Shown here: in pieces, positions 12,601 through 24,600 of the stretch
Numbering within the stretch: the first letter of the stretch is position 1
How the letters are laid out: each line of letters opens with the position of its first letter
Assembly (NCBI GenBank): GCA_050084985.1
Contig: JBITNC010000002.1
Span: 10,602,001 to 10,666,000, forward strand
Direction of reading: 5' to 3'
Length of the DNA: 64,000 nucleotides
Source of the DNA: Nageia nagi
Taxonomy: Eukaryota > Plantae > Pinophyta
Translations under genes and position numbers: made by a program
Notes under the pieces: generated by a model
The model's database searches: none
Told to the model about the DNA's origin: nothing
The model's input: only the letters and a program-made list of their open reading frames with translations

Positions 12601-15600
12601 TCGGAAAATGTGGATATTTTTATTCCATATAGTTTCATTTTCTTGCATTCAACGTGTCTTGCATTTGTTTTTCAACCGGATTATTGGATTCTTTGCCTGT
12701 TGGCATGGATCCTCTTCTAGAGACGTTGGGTTGCCATTTCTCTTTTCTTTGAGGAACCATTTATTGGTTTTGTTAGGTATGTGTTGGGATGGAAACCTTT
12801 CCTACTTGCTTATGATCTCCTGCACACGATCAGGAAGGGGAAAGCACCCAACATTTAGGGGAGATAGCATAACTTACCTCCTCTTGAAAGGACTGAAGCC
12901 CCAAGGTTTGTTCGTGTTCTTGTTGAAGTAGCACAATTTTATATATGATCAGGGGATGAATTCAACTGGTTTGGATGGAGGTAGAGGTTGTTAACTTACG
13001 TTTTTTTTTTAGGGACAAGGTGTTTTTGCGATGATTGAAAGTTACTTTGGTTTTATAAAAAAAAATGCAGCAAAGATAAAAATAAGCAAATAAAACAAAG
13101 AAAAAGACGAGAATGATCCAATAATGGTTAGATCACAAGGCGACTGTCACAACAAAGCATTGTCTAAAATGAAATGTTTTCTGATCGATTACAAAGTTCT
13201 CGTTCATTCAATCTAGTTCAAGGTGAATGACTATTGTCCAATCAGTTTTGAATCTAGAGCAAGAGGCAAGACCGATTGTCGGTGCTGCGCAAACGGGACC
13301 AATGCAATCTAAGAAACTTAGCATGGAACGCACGCTTTGGAACCAAGTTTGAATGAAAGCTTCAAATAGGATATAGAAAAGAAACAACTTTAGAATACAT
13401 TTGTTTGAATAAGGAAGAGGGAAAATGTGGCAAACTTAGAGCAATTCAAAATATTTTTAAAGTTTGAACAACTATTTTTTCTTAAAACTCTCAAGTTTTC
13501 AAGGAAAGAAACAAAACTATTTGAATCATGTAAGAAGACCACAAAAATGAAACCCATTCACCATTCCATGTATGACAAATCTCTTTAGAAAATAGGCAAG
13601 CACTTTGCATTAGCTTGTAAAAGAGTTACAGAAAAGTTTCCACAATTTTCTCCCTTTACAAAAAATTTGAACTTCTCAAAATTTTTAGTCCTTGAAAAGT
13701 TCCAAACTTTCATTCTCCATAAAAGTGACCCCATAGGGTCTATTTATAGAATTTCTAGGGTTCCCAAGTGTTGCCCTAATTCTATAAAAAATATTCAAAA
13801 ATTACATATTTGCCTCCTACGACTAAGTTAGCTGACTTTTGGTGCTCTACTTGCTAGGCTGACTGATCAGGAGAGTAGGGTTAGTCGAGTTTTGGTGCTC
13901 AACTTTCCGGTTGACTGATTTACAAAATTTTCGAAGATGATAAAAATTATGGTGGCTGACTCGCAGTTTGCACATGTGATGCAATGGCCTCCTTGAAGTT
14001 GATGCCCATGAAGGTTTCTCAGTTTTTGATTCCTGTGTTTAGAATTTCCATAACTCCATTTGCCAACAGGTATGCAGTAATGGTCCTTGAAGTCTTCTTC
14101 ATCTCGTTGCACCATACTGCCATATCGTTGCCATATTTGATCTGCTTGCCGGATTTAAGAACATTAATGTCTTCGGTTTTGAGGTAAGTGGTAATCATCA
14201 GTTGGACCTTATTTATCACCGTGGCGTAGTCCCTACTGCGTCCATCTTCCGCGATCAACTTCAGATCAAATTGGTACTTTGCTAGTTGTGTCTTCATGTC
14301 CTCCTTGAAATTTGTCCGGATTTGGATGGAATCTTGACACTTTGAAATAGCATACAACAACCAATCATATTGGTAAAAGAATTGATGACAATATTCTAGT
14401 AGTATTGGCATGCTAGCAATCTTCCTTCTCAGAGCATGCATCACTTGATAACTATTGCCCCACCTGGCAATCAATTCATGGATCCTGCCTTGCGTGACAA
14501 ATGATCCACTCTCCTCGATAAAGAAATTAGTTATTCCTAGGAATAACTCCTGAATGGCTCATTTGGTTTGTTTTATCCACTCTTCTTTAACCGCTTGAAT
14601 CCCAATATTCAAAAATATTTTCTTCCTGATGTCTTCAACTTTCAGATTAGCAGCTTGGATATAAAAATTCAACTTCTTCTTCTCGGCCAATTCTCTTTTC
14701 AGCTCCCTGAGCTCTACCTTCTATGATGTGTTCTCCTTTGCAGTGCCGTACCATTGGTGATTATTGCATGTTGCCTACCCAGAGTGCCTATCTTCTTGCA
14801 TGGCTCTTCTCTTGTTTCCACCACTAATGCAAATTCTGCATTGGCATTTCTTTTCCTTACTGCAAGAACGGTATTGGTGACGATGGAATTATCCTTCATC
14901 GAGACATAAGTGGCTATATATTCAAGTTCAGTATTTGAATCTTGACCGGTTTCGATATCGGCACAGGCTTTAGATGGTTGGTATGCTCTCAAATTGTTCA
15001 GGAGCGACTTCATGTCGAAATTGTAACCTTGTTCAGGATCAGTAACTATGGCCACTTGTCTCTCAAGATTCCCTTGATGTTCACCCTATCTCTTCTTTTT
15101 CCTCTGGTCTTCGTTCTCACCTTCATCCTCTTCGTTTCCTTCATCTCCTCTTAATGAGGAAGTTATTCCCTTGGACACTGAGGTCCTTCTTGGAGTAGTT
15201 GGTGGAGGTTTTCTCTGAGGTGGAGGTGTCTTTTTTCGTGGTCGAGGTGTAGAAGCCCTTGTAGAGGTAGGTTTTGTAGCTTGTACGGGTTCTTGCACGG
15301 TAAGAGGATCTATGGTCAGTATCTCTTCGATTGATGAATCTGATTCATTGTCTAAGGTATTTCTGATATTTGGCCATCTTCTAAGGGCTCTCTTAAGAGG
15401 TCTCCTTCGTTAATCTCATATTCATCCTCGCTATCACTAGGGCCAAAATAATATAATTGTCCATCTCGAGATGGACCTCTTGGAGGGACTTCCACCAGCT
15501 TCTTCAAGTGTTTGTATGGGTGTGAAGTGCTACTAGTCTCTTTAGTTCTTTTCATATCTTGTGATAATCCTTGTATGGTCTGATCAATAGTTTGCCTTAG

Positions 15601-18600
15601 TTGAACAATGAGTGTAGCATATTGACCAGACTCTCCTTGTGTCAACCTCATGAAAGGTGAGATTGATGGAGGCACGTACGGAATTAGGGGATTACCTTTA
15701 AGGATTATCAAAGAATGTATCCTGGCTACTGCGTTCTCCTCTTGCAGACCTCCTTCTTCTTCTTGGTTACTGTCTGCAAAATCTTATCTTCTATTGCCAA
15801 ATCCTTGTTTATTTTGCTCATTTGCTCTGTATCATTTACATTTCTGTACCTTTCGAGCTTTCCTAGGGACTTGTGGGGGTAATCGGTTTGCCAGGTTTTC
15901 TTGAAAAATGCGTCGATTTCACCTTTGGGGTCATAGTACTCTACCACTTGTTCTACTATGAAGCCGTAGTATGCCAACTTCGTCTTCATTGTTTTAACTT
16001 GTCTCTAGGACGTGCATTCGTACTCCCCTATTCGGATGGGTAATTTACAAGTGGTGGCACCTTTCTTACACCAAACATTCTTGGGCAAGTACGACAAGTG
16101 TCTGCAAAGTTCCATCAATATGAACCGATCACTTGCATAACGAGGAAGTATGTAAGGTGGCTCAATTGACCCGTAGACCTTGATGTATGTGGCATCCGTT
16201 TCTTCGAGATAGAAATCTGCATGTCCTTGAAGAGCATGGATTGCCATCTATGATATTGTGGTCACATTGATGGTTCCCTTCATTTCTTTGTATATTCGGC
16301 ACTCGAATCCATCATTCATCATTTTGAATTCGTCCCACCATCTTTCTAGCTGAAATATAGGGTAGCTTCGCCATATTGATATTTCTGGGTCAAATAAGTA
16401 CTTGGTATCTACTATGGCGGATTTTCTATTCTTGCCATGTAGGAGTAAAAATACCAAGTAAGAGCTCATGTAGAATCTTTTGGTGTCTACGAGCTGGGAC
16501 AACTGTTGGGCCATGCAATCACTGATCACCTTGCTCCATCTGATTCCGTTGCCTCGACTAATCTCATGTATGAAGCCCATGAACTCCTTTCTGAATCATT
16601 GGTCATTCTCTTGCCCTATAATTCTGCACAGCATGCTGTTAATGGTAGAGATTGTAGGATAGAAGTCTATCCTCCTTCGTTGGCTTAAGGCCTTTGCCTT
16701 GTAATCTTTGCACTCGTCAACCAATCAATCTCTTATTAAGTTCCTCGGCTTTGTCAGGCTGTTAAAGAATTTGATGGAGTTCGTCATACTAAATATGATT
16801 CCCTCATTGCTCCAAGCAAAAGCACTCTCTATTCTTTCCATCATGAAGTCGAATATCTTGATGCCTTCATTGTCATTGAGGATCCTCTCCTTCTTGTTGT
16901 AGTATCTAGCTACTTCAAGGCACAATTCTAGGAATGGAGCGGTATATGGGATCATACAGGCTTCAACTATTCTGGACTGAGCGTGTCGTTGAGCAACCGT
17001 TCATATGGGATCTTGGCCATCTTCTCTAATGACTTGATGGGGTCAGTGGATGCCCAGTCTGTGTCTCTGATCTGACAAAAGCCGTCTACTAATGTGGTCG
17101 TAGGGAAAGCAATCCTCCCTCCTTTTTCCAGGGTAATCGGGCTGATCTTCATGAGTCTCTCCATTCGGAGCTTCTTGTTTTTCTTAGCAATACTCATCGT
17201 TTATGCCTTGTGGAACACAATAAGGTGTTAGGGGTGATAGTGGGTATCTTTGGAGCGATTTTGGAGCGGAAAAGAGATAGTCAAATTTTTGGCTTATTTT
17301 TGGATTTTTCAGAAGCTAAGTGTGTATTTTCGAGAATTTTGAAGTTCGTCAGAAGTGGGAAACAAGTACATGGGGTGTTAGTAAATAAATCTAGGAGGCT
17401 TGTGAACAAATCTTAGAGAAAAATATTGAGATTTCGATGTTTGAATTAAGTCACTGGTTTTTTAGCCCCTATATTTGTTTTTTGACAGGTTTTGGCAGCT
17501 TCGAAGTTTGGAAAGATGGGGATGTAAAGTGGGTTTTCAAGCTTTGTTCAGGGAAAGTGAATGATGGAGGTTGCTCTCCTATATAAGGTCTATCACTTTG
17601 GTATTCACTTTGAAGTTTGGATCTTTCAAAATTTGGGAGTTTTTAAGCCTTGAAAAAACATTTTTTGTGTTTTTTCACTTTTGTCGAAAAGCTTGAAAAT
17701 GGTGAAAATGGCCAAAAGATAGGGGGGATTTGAAATTTGGAAAAATTTTAAAAAGTGGATTCGACCTAATGGGTGGATAGAGGATAAGATTCTAAGATTC
17801 TTGAGAAATTTTGAAAAGGTTTGGGCTTATTTTGGATATAGTGAGCAAATTTCAAGTTTTGAGCAAGTTTTGAGGTTTTGTGAGGATTTTGCACAAAAAT
17901 GGATGCATGAAGGCTCAAGGAGGGTGTTGTAGAGCAAATGAGAGGCATAGGGGGGTATTCATAGGGTTTTTGTGCCTTTTGCATGCTCCTTAGTGGGGTT
18001 TTGACTTAAAAAGTGCTCTAGGGGTGCATTTTTCATATTTCTTAATGTTTTGGAGCCTTGAAACACTCCATAGACTTGAAAATGAGTGCCTAGCTTTTGG
18101 AGGCACCTCCCTTGGTCAAAATTGACAAATTCAAAGTTTAAATGTCCTTATTTTCTCCTTCTCCACCCAATCAAGTGCAAAAAATCAAATTTTGGTGGGT
18201 TTTGGGGCTTTCTCCTTGCATCTAGGCGTCGTTTTTCATTTTTTTGAAGTTCCCACTGGCATGAAAAATTGTGCCTGCCCTTTAGGTACCCAAAACTTGC
18301 TCAATTTCACTTTTTCCAAGACCTAATGTGCTCAAAATGGTGTTTTTGACCCAGTGAACACCTTGGAGTGGATTTTTGATGCATTTTCACTTATCCCTCC
18401 AAGTTAGGGGCTGATTTTCAGCCCATTGGATTTAGAAAATTATGGAAAACTGCGCTTGCCCTTTAGAGGGCCAAAATTTGCCCAAATTCGAAATCTTCAA
18501 GACCTAAATGTGTTAGAAATCACATTTTACACCCAATGGACCCCTTAAACTTGAGTTTTGACCAAAATTTATCAAATTTGTTGATTCTAGGTACCATTTT

Positions 18601-21600
18601 TCATCCCATTGGATTTCCATAGGTCTCAAAACCTACGCCTAGCCTTTAGAGTGCTCAAAATCGAAACTTTTGAGACCTAAATGTGCTTATAATTATGTTT
18701 TCCTTGATCCCAAGTACTTAAACTTGATTTTTGATCAAAAAACATTCCATCTTGTCATTCTTGGTACCATTTTTCATGCCAATGGATTTGGAAACATGCG
18801 CCTAGCATTTTGGGGTTTGTACTCGCACAAAATAAAAAATTTCGAGACCTAATGTGCCTTAGAACCATCATCCTTATTCATGCATTTAGATTTCATTTGT
18901 TTATGGATTTCCTCTTTTCCTCTACTATGTAGGCGCCAAAATGCATCTTCATGGATTTCCCATAGACTTGAAAAATTGTGCCTAGTCTCTGAGTGCCTTA
19001 GACTTGTGAAAATCGAAAATTTCAAGTCCTAACTGTGATATAATTCACCTTATCTCTCCGAATATGCTTTTAGACTCGAATTACGATACCATTTGCATTT
19101 TTCTTTGAGAAACGTGCACCATTTTTCCCTTGGGTTTTCAATACCTTGGAAAAACGTGCTTGGGGCTAAGGGTACTGAAACTTGCATTTACGATCCATTT
19201 TGGACTCAAGCTATGCATTTTTGGCCATTCCCGGCATATATGAGCTCAGACTTGATCAAAACGCCCTTTTCGGCACCTCCGAGCTCATACTTTGCATTTT
19301 CAATGATTTCCGAGCTCAAACGGTGCAAAAACGACCATTTCCTCCTTTCTGGGCTCAAAGTTGCCATTTCTAGCATTTTCGGGTTCAAAATATTCAATTT
19401 TATTGATTCTTGGCAATTCGAGCACTTACTGTAAAAAGAAACAACCTTTTCCAGTATTTTCGACCTTTTCGAGCATTTTTTGGCCGTTCTAGGCTCAACT
19501 TGTCACTTTTGGTCATTTTTGAGCTTTTTGAACTCAAATAGTGCAAAAATGCACTTTTTTTACCATACTGGTTATTTCCGATCTCAATAGTGACCAAAAC
19601 GTGCTTTTCTACCTTGCCCTTTTCTAGTTCTTCAGGGTGAACTTTTATAAAAACGTCCATTTTTGTCATCCTTGTCATTTTCAAGGCACCCGGACTCAAA
19701 GTTGACAAAAACTCTCATTTTTGTCACTTGGATGCCTTTGCACCTAAATTATGCGAAAACGTGCCTTTTTGTTGTACTAAGCACCTGTGAACTGAGTCTC
19801 TGCAAAAACGTGCTCTTTCTATCAACTTGACACTTTTGCACTTGAATGCTACAAAAAAGCGCCCTTTTTGCCCTGATGGCCACTTTGTGAAACAACTCCC
19901 TTTCTGGTCGCTGTCATGATCCAAAATTGCATCTTGCTTGGTATGGCTTAAAATTGAGCCATGAATGGCCGTTGGATGCGCTGAGCTACCTTGGTGCCTT
20001 TGGGGGTACTTGCATGTACTGCTTCATTACTTGGCCACGTTGATTCTTCACTTTGGCGGCCATCATCTAGTCATCTTCAAGCAATGTCGTCCATTGCCTT
20101 CAAAAAGTAGGTTCTCCAAAATGCTGCATCTTGGGGTGTGTTGTGCAGGCACAACAATATGGAGCTTGTTCTAGAGAATAGATAGAAATCTAATTTTAGC
20201 ATGTAAACTCTCAATTTTGTTAAGTTCTATGTTTAAAGCTTGTTGTAGCTTCTTCTATTGAATTATTCGCTTTATGTTTTACTCCAATTGTGAGCTTAAA
20301 TTAAGGATGTAATATTCTGTTTTGCATGTCAATGCATTATTATAAAGCAATGAACTTGTAAAAGCATTATAGGCTACGAGAATAAGAGGACGAGTTGGAG
20401 AGAGCACGAGAGAGAGCTAGGATTACAGATTCGAGAGCTATTCTGAACCAAAGAGAGAGTACAACACTTTGGGGGCTGTTGGTTGTTCTCTTGGTGATTG
20501 AAAGGTGATTGTTCTTCAGGGACGTAGCCCATTCTTGGTGAACCTCGTAAATATCTGGTCTCTTGTGTGAATGATCTTCTATGCTTGTGATTCATCTCAT
20601 ATTGCTTGTTGTTCCTATTCTTTTACTTTTTTACTGTGTATGTTTATTGCTGGGATATTAGTTTATAGCAAATCCAACAAAGTTGCTATAAGATAAATTT
20701 TAATTTATATTGAAATCCTAACAATTGGTATCAGAGCACGTTGTGATTCAAGTTGCTTTGTTGGGTACTTGATAGAGCAGTTAGAGATCTTGAATTAAGT
20801 GGGAGCAATGGCTGAAGTAGGAAGGTTCAGGGTGGAGAAATTTGATGGCCACAATGTTCAGTTCTGGAAGATGCAGATGGAGGATTACCTGTATCAGTGA
20901 GACTTGCACTTGCCTTTTGGTGAGAAATCAAAGAATCAAGGGAAGATGTCTGATGAAGAATGGACTCTTTTAGATAGGAAAGCTCTTGGTAATGTAAGAC
21001 TTTGCCTTGCTCAAATTGTAGCCTTCAACATTTCAGAGGAGAAGACTACAAAGGGAGTAATGGACAAGTTGTCTAGTTTGTACAAGACACCCTCAATGAC
21101 AAATAAGGTATTTCTCATGAAGAAATTGCATAATATGAAGATGAACAAAAATGGGTCTGTAGCTGATCATGTAAATGAATTTAATACAATTGTAAATGAA
21201 TTTAATACAATTGTGAGTCAACTGACCTCTTTGAAGGTTGAAATAGAAGAAGAAATGAAGGCTATTTTATTTCTATGTTCCTTGCCTTATAGTTGGGAAA
21301 TTTAGTTATGGCTATTAGCAATTCTGCCTTTGTTTCTCTTACATTTGATGATGTTGTAGCTTCTGTTTTTAGTACTGAAATGAGAAGGAAGAGTACAGGT
21401 GAATCATCATCAGTACAACCTTGGTGATGAGAGGCAAGCAAAAAGAAAGTGAAAGTGGTTCAATGGTGACAAGTTGCATTATGTTTGAGCATGTTGTGTG
21501 GGTGACACATAGTGGGTGGTTCTTGTCTCAGTTGATGATATTCTGTTTCATCAAGATGCATGAATGTTGGTGTATGTCAAAATTATGTAGATTGTGTGTT

Positions 21601-24600
21601 GCTTGTTGGTTACAGTTGAAAGTGCACATGGTTGATACTAGTGGCGGTGTAGAGCATGGATACAACAGTCTGGAGGGGATGACATCCCTTGTGTGGTTGA
21701 GGAATTACCTTCAATGGATGCAGCAGCGGTGGAGTTGTTGTGGATGAGTCTCCAAGTGGGAGATCATGATGAGAAGTTTCAGATTTTGGTAGTCATATGA
21801 ATAAGAGGAACAGTCTCCAAGTGGGAAATTGTTAGGTATGGAGCTTGTTTCGGAGAATAGACGGAAATCTAATTTTAGCATGTAAACTCTCAGTTCCGTT
21901 AAGTTCTATGTTTAGAGCTTGTTGTAGCTTCTTCTATGCAATTATTCGCTTTATGTTTTACTCCAGTTGTGAGAGTAAATTAAGGATGTAATATTCTGTT
22001 TTGCATGTCCATGCATTGCTATAAAGCAATGAACTTGTAAAAGCATTATACGCTATGAGAATAGGAGGATGAGCTAGAGAGTGCACTACAGAGAGCATGA
22101 GAGAGAGCTAGGATTAGAGATTTGGGAGCTGTTCTGAACCAAAGAGAGAGTACAACACTTTGGGCTGTTGGTTGTTCTTTTGGTGACTGAAAGGTGATTG
22201 TTCTTCGGGGACGTAGCCCATTCTGGGTGAACCTCGTAAATCTTTGGTCTCTTGTGTGGATGATCTTCTATACTTGTGATTCATCTCATATTGCTTGTTG
22301 TTCCTGTTCTTTTACATTTCTGCTGTGTATGTTTATTGTTGGGCTATTAGTTTATAGCAGATCCAACAAAGTTGCTATAAGATAAATTTTATTTTATACT
22401 GAAATCCTAACAGGTTTACTTGTCTCTGGCCATTATTTATTCTATTAATTTCATGAAGTTTTATATTTGAATTCATAAGTTAAAAATATTGAGAGTTTCT
22501 GTAGTAATTCCGTAAAATATGGATATTTTTATTTCTTATAGTTTCATTTTCTTGCATCCAACGTGTCTCGCTTTTGTTCTTCAAGCAGATTGTTGGATTC
22601 TTTGCCTGTTGACATGGACCCTCTGCCAGACAGCGTTTGTAGCAAGTTCAGCCTGATGAAGCTCCGTGAAGTGAGTACACATTAAGATTTTAACTTTACT
22701 GAAGTATATTTCTGCAGTCACATAGAGTCATATGATAAGATGATGAATTTAACATACAAGTAGTTTTCTTTTTCTCTTTAATTCTTAAATGAATAAAAAT
22801 TCGATAAAACTAAAAATCAGTTGAAGTTTGAATGACCTAGAATGGGGGGTAATTGGTAGCTAGAAGATCTGAACTTGATTTTATCATTCTGACCACCATG
22901 ATAGCGTTGAACAATCATTACTGAGAAATTTCCTATCAGATTATTTTTTTGTACTTGAGACTACTTATTTCCAAAGAACTCTCTGCAGACTTTTAACCGG
23001 AATAAGTAAATAGTATGTTATCTTGTTTTTTTTTCAGGGAATATATATTTCAGGAGCAGTTAGTGGGGCTACGATCAACTTTTTAAGGTTGAACCATATG
23101 ATTATTTTCACTGTGGACTCAAAAGCATAAAATTTTAAGATTTCAGGGTTTATGCCTGAGACTGTTTGAGGAAGTTGAATGAACGGAAGAGATGAAAAGT
23201 GAAAAACAATATTATCTAGCATTGCTTTGAGCATACGATTAAGCACACCGTTTTCCAATTAAAGAGTGTTAGATAGTTCAAAGTTAAAAGGGAAAAGAAA
23301 TTCCTTAAAGAACTTGCGAGGACATAAAAATTCATGAACGATTCATTACAAAACTCATGTACTAAAATGTTTCTATGTTCTATCTTGTGTACCATATAAT
23401 ATCTCATAATTTAGTATTTATACATATCAAGAAAAGAGTCCCAAAACATTCCAAAAAATAACTTTTTAAATAAATACTTTGCGAGGAATATCCGTATTGA
23501 GACAAATTAGGAGCCACCTTAGCTCATTTATTTTACAATCCCACCACATTGGTTTGTTGTGTTTCAGCTTCAAGTGCCCTACTTAACATGAGATTCCAAG
23601 GAGATATTACTGCATGTTTAGGGTTTTAGGATGGTTATTCACTGCCTTCTTCTGTTTTTAAGATTAAAGGTGCTTGACTTTTTTCTTCAAGTTCCCCATC
23701 TATTATGAGGTGCGAGGGAGATATTACTCCTTGTTTAGAGATTCAAGAGGTTTACTTGCTATCTTCTTTTGCTATCTATATTAGAGGTGTGGGGTTTTAT
23801 ACATCTGAGAGGCTGTTGCTCTTATCCTTCAGGTGCCATACCTTGCAAGAGGGATGGGCAACTCATTGATGGATCATATCCTATTTTATTCCTATCTTGA
23901 CTAATGTGGTAAACAAACATCCATTTGATGCTATGGGGCCCCAAGTTGAAGATGTCCTACTTTGTGAGCTTGTGCCTCCACAAGCTGTTTCTTCTAGGGC
24001 TTTTGTGATCCCCTTTCCTTGCCCTAAGCAAGGAGTGTCTGTGGCTTCTAGGCATCATGGTAAAAACCCTTTTATCACATGATTTCTATTGGATCAGACA
24101 TATTGATAGATTCCAGGTAGCATCTCCACGGTCATTGGCCTTTTGATGGCACGACGGCTTATCATTGTTGTTAGTATGCATCCCCTCACAATTACCTAAT
24201 CAGATCTCATTAGCCTTGGCCACCCTCCCATGGGTATGATTAGATCTTGCATCAGTTATTTGAAAGTGCTTGATGACGATAATACTCTTTCGAGAACTGA
24301 ACACTTCAACACTGATTAAACCTATCTCCATAATTTGATATTTTTAACCATGTGTTGCTTAAGTAATATTGTAATTTGGCGCTATATCCTGCTCGACCCT
24401 TCTAATTTTAGTTTATTCTGCTGTATTTTTAGATTTGGTTATATTATTTTCCTAGTTTTGAACCCCCCTCTTGGGCTCCTACAACATCTTGTGTAAGTAT
24501 ACATTTTTTGTCCTGTGTTTGGAGACTTCCTGCACCCCTGAGGACCTGCAACCCCAGCGCTACCATTGGGAACCATCAGACGCTAACCATACTCGACAGG

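Larger units (their letters stand above)
12782..20156 (-). mobile_element. 7.4-kb solo-LTR-like unit containing a degenerate gene
   Basis: Minus strand starts TGTTGTGCCTGCACAACACACCCCAAGATGCAGCATTTTGG (as at 2493) and ends CATCCCAACA; TSD GTATG/ATATG; inserted after nt 11 of the Copia 5' LTR; TATA tctataaata at ~13741-13750 on the minus strand. Confidence 0.87.
12771..22412 (+). mobile_element. Non-autonomous gag-only Ty1/Copia element (~2.3 kb net; TR-GAG-like), interrupted by a 7.4-kb insertion
   Basis: 5' LTR 12771-12781 + ~20162-20723, 3' LTR 21830-22412 (TGTTAGG...CCTAACA); TSD GGTTT on both sides; PBS TGGTATCAGAGC 20726-20737; PPT aagtgggaaat; Tnt1-like gag from 20808 (EKFDGHN..FWKMQMEDYLYQ, LDRKALGNVRLCLA); no pol. 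Confidence 0.92.

Noticed and set aside
2493-20156. Single 17.7-kb DNA transposon bounded by ~60-bp terminal inverted repeats
   Set aside because: Each end belongs to a separate TG...CA unit with its own 5-bp TSD, and homology extends along both units.
12518-22632. 200-bp giant target-site duplication, or rearrangement caused by insertion into exon B
   Set aside because: The Copia has a normal GGTTT TSD and the nested LTR a GTATG/ATATG TSD, so the exon duplication is an older, independent tandem event.
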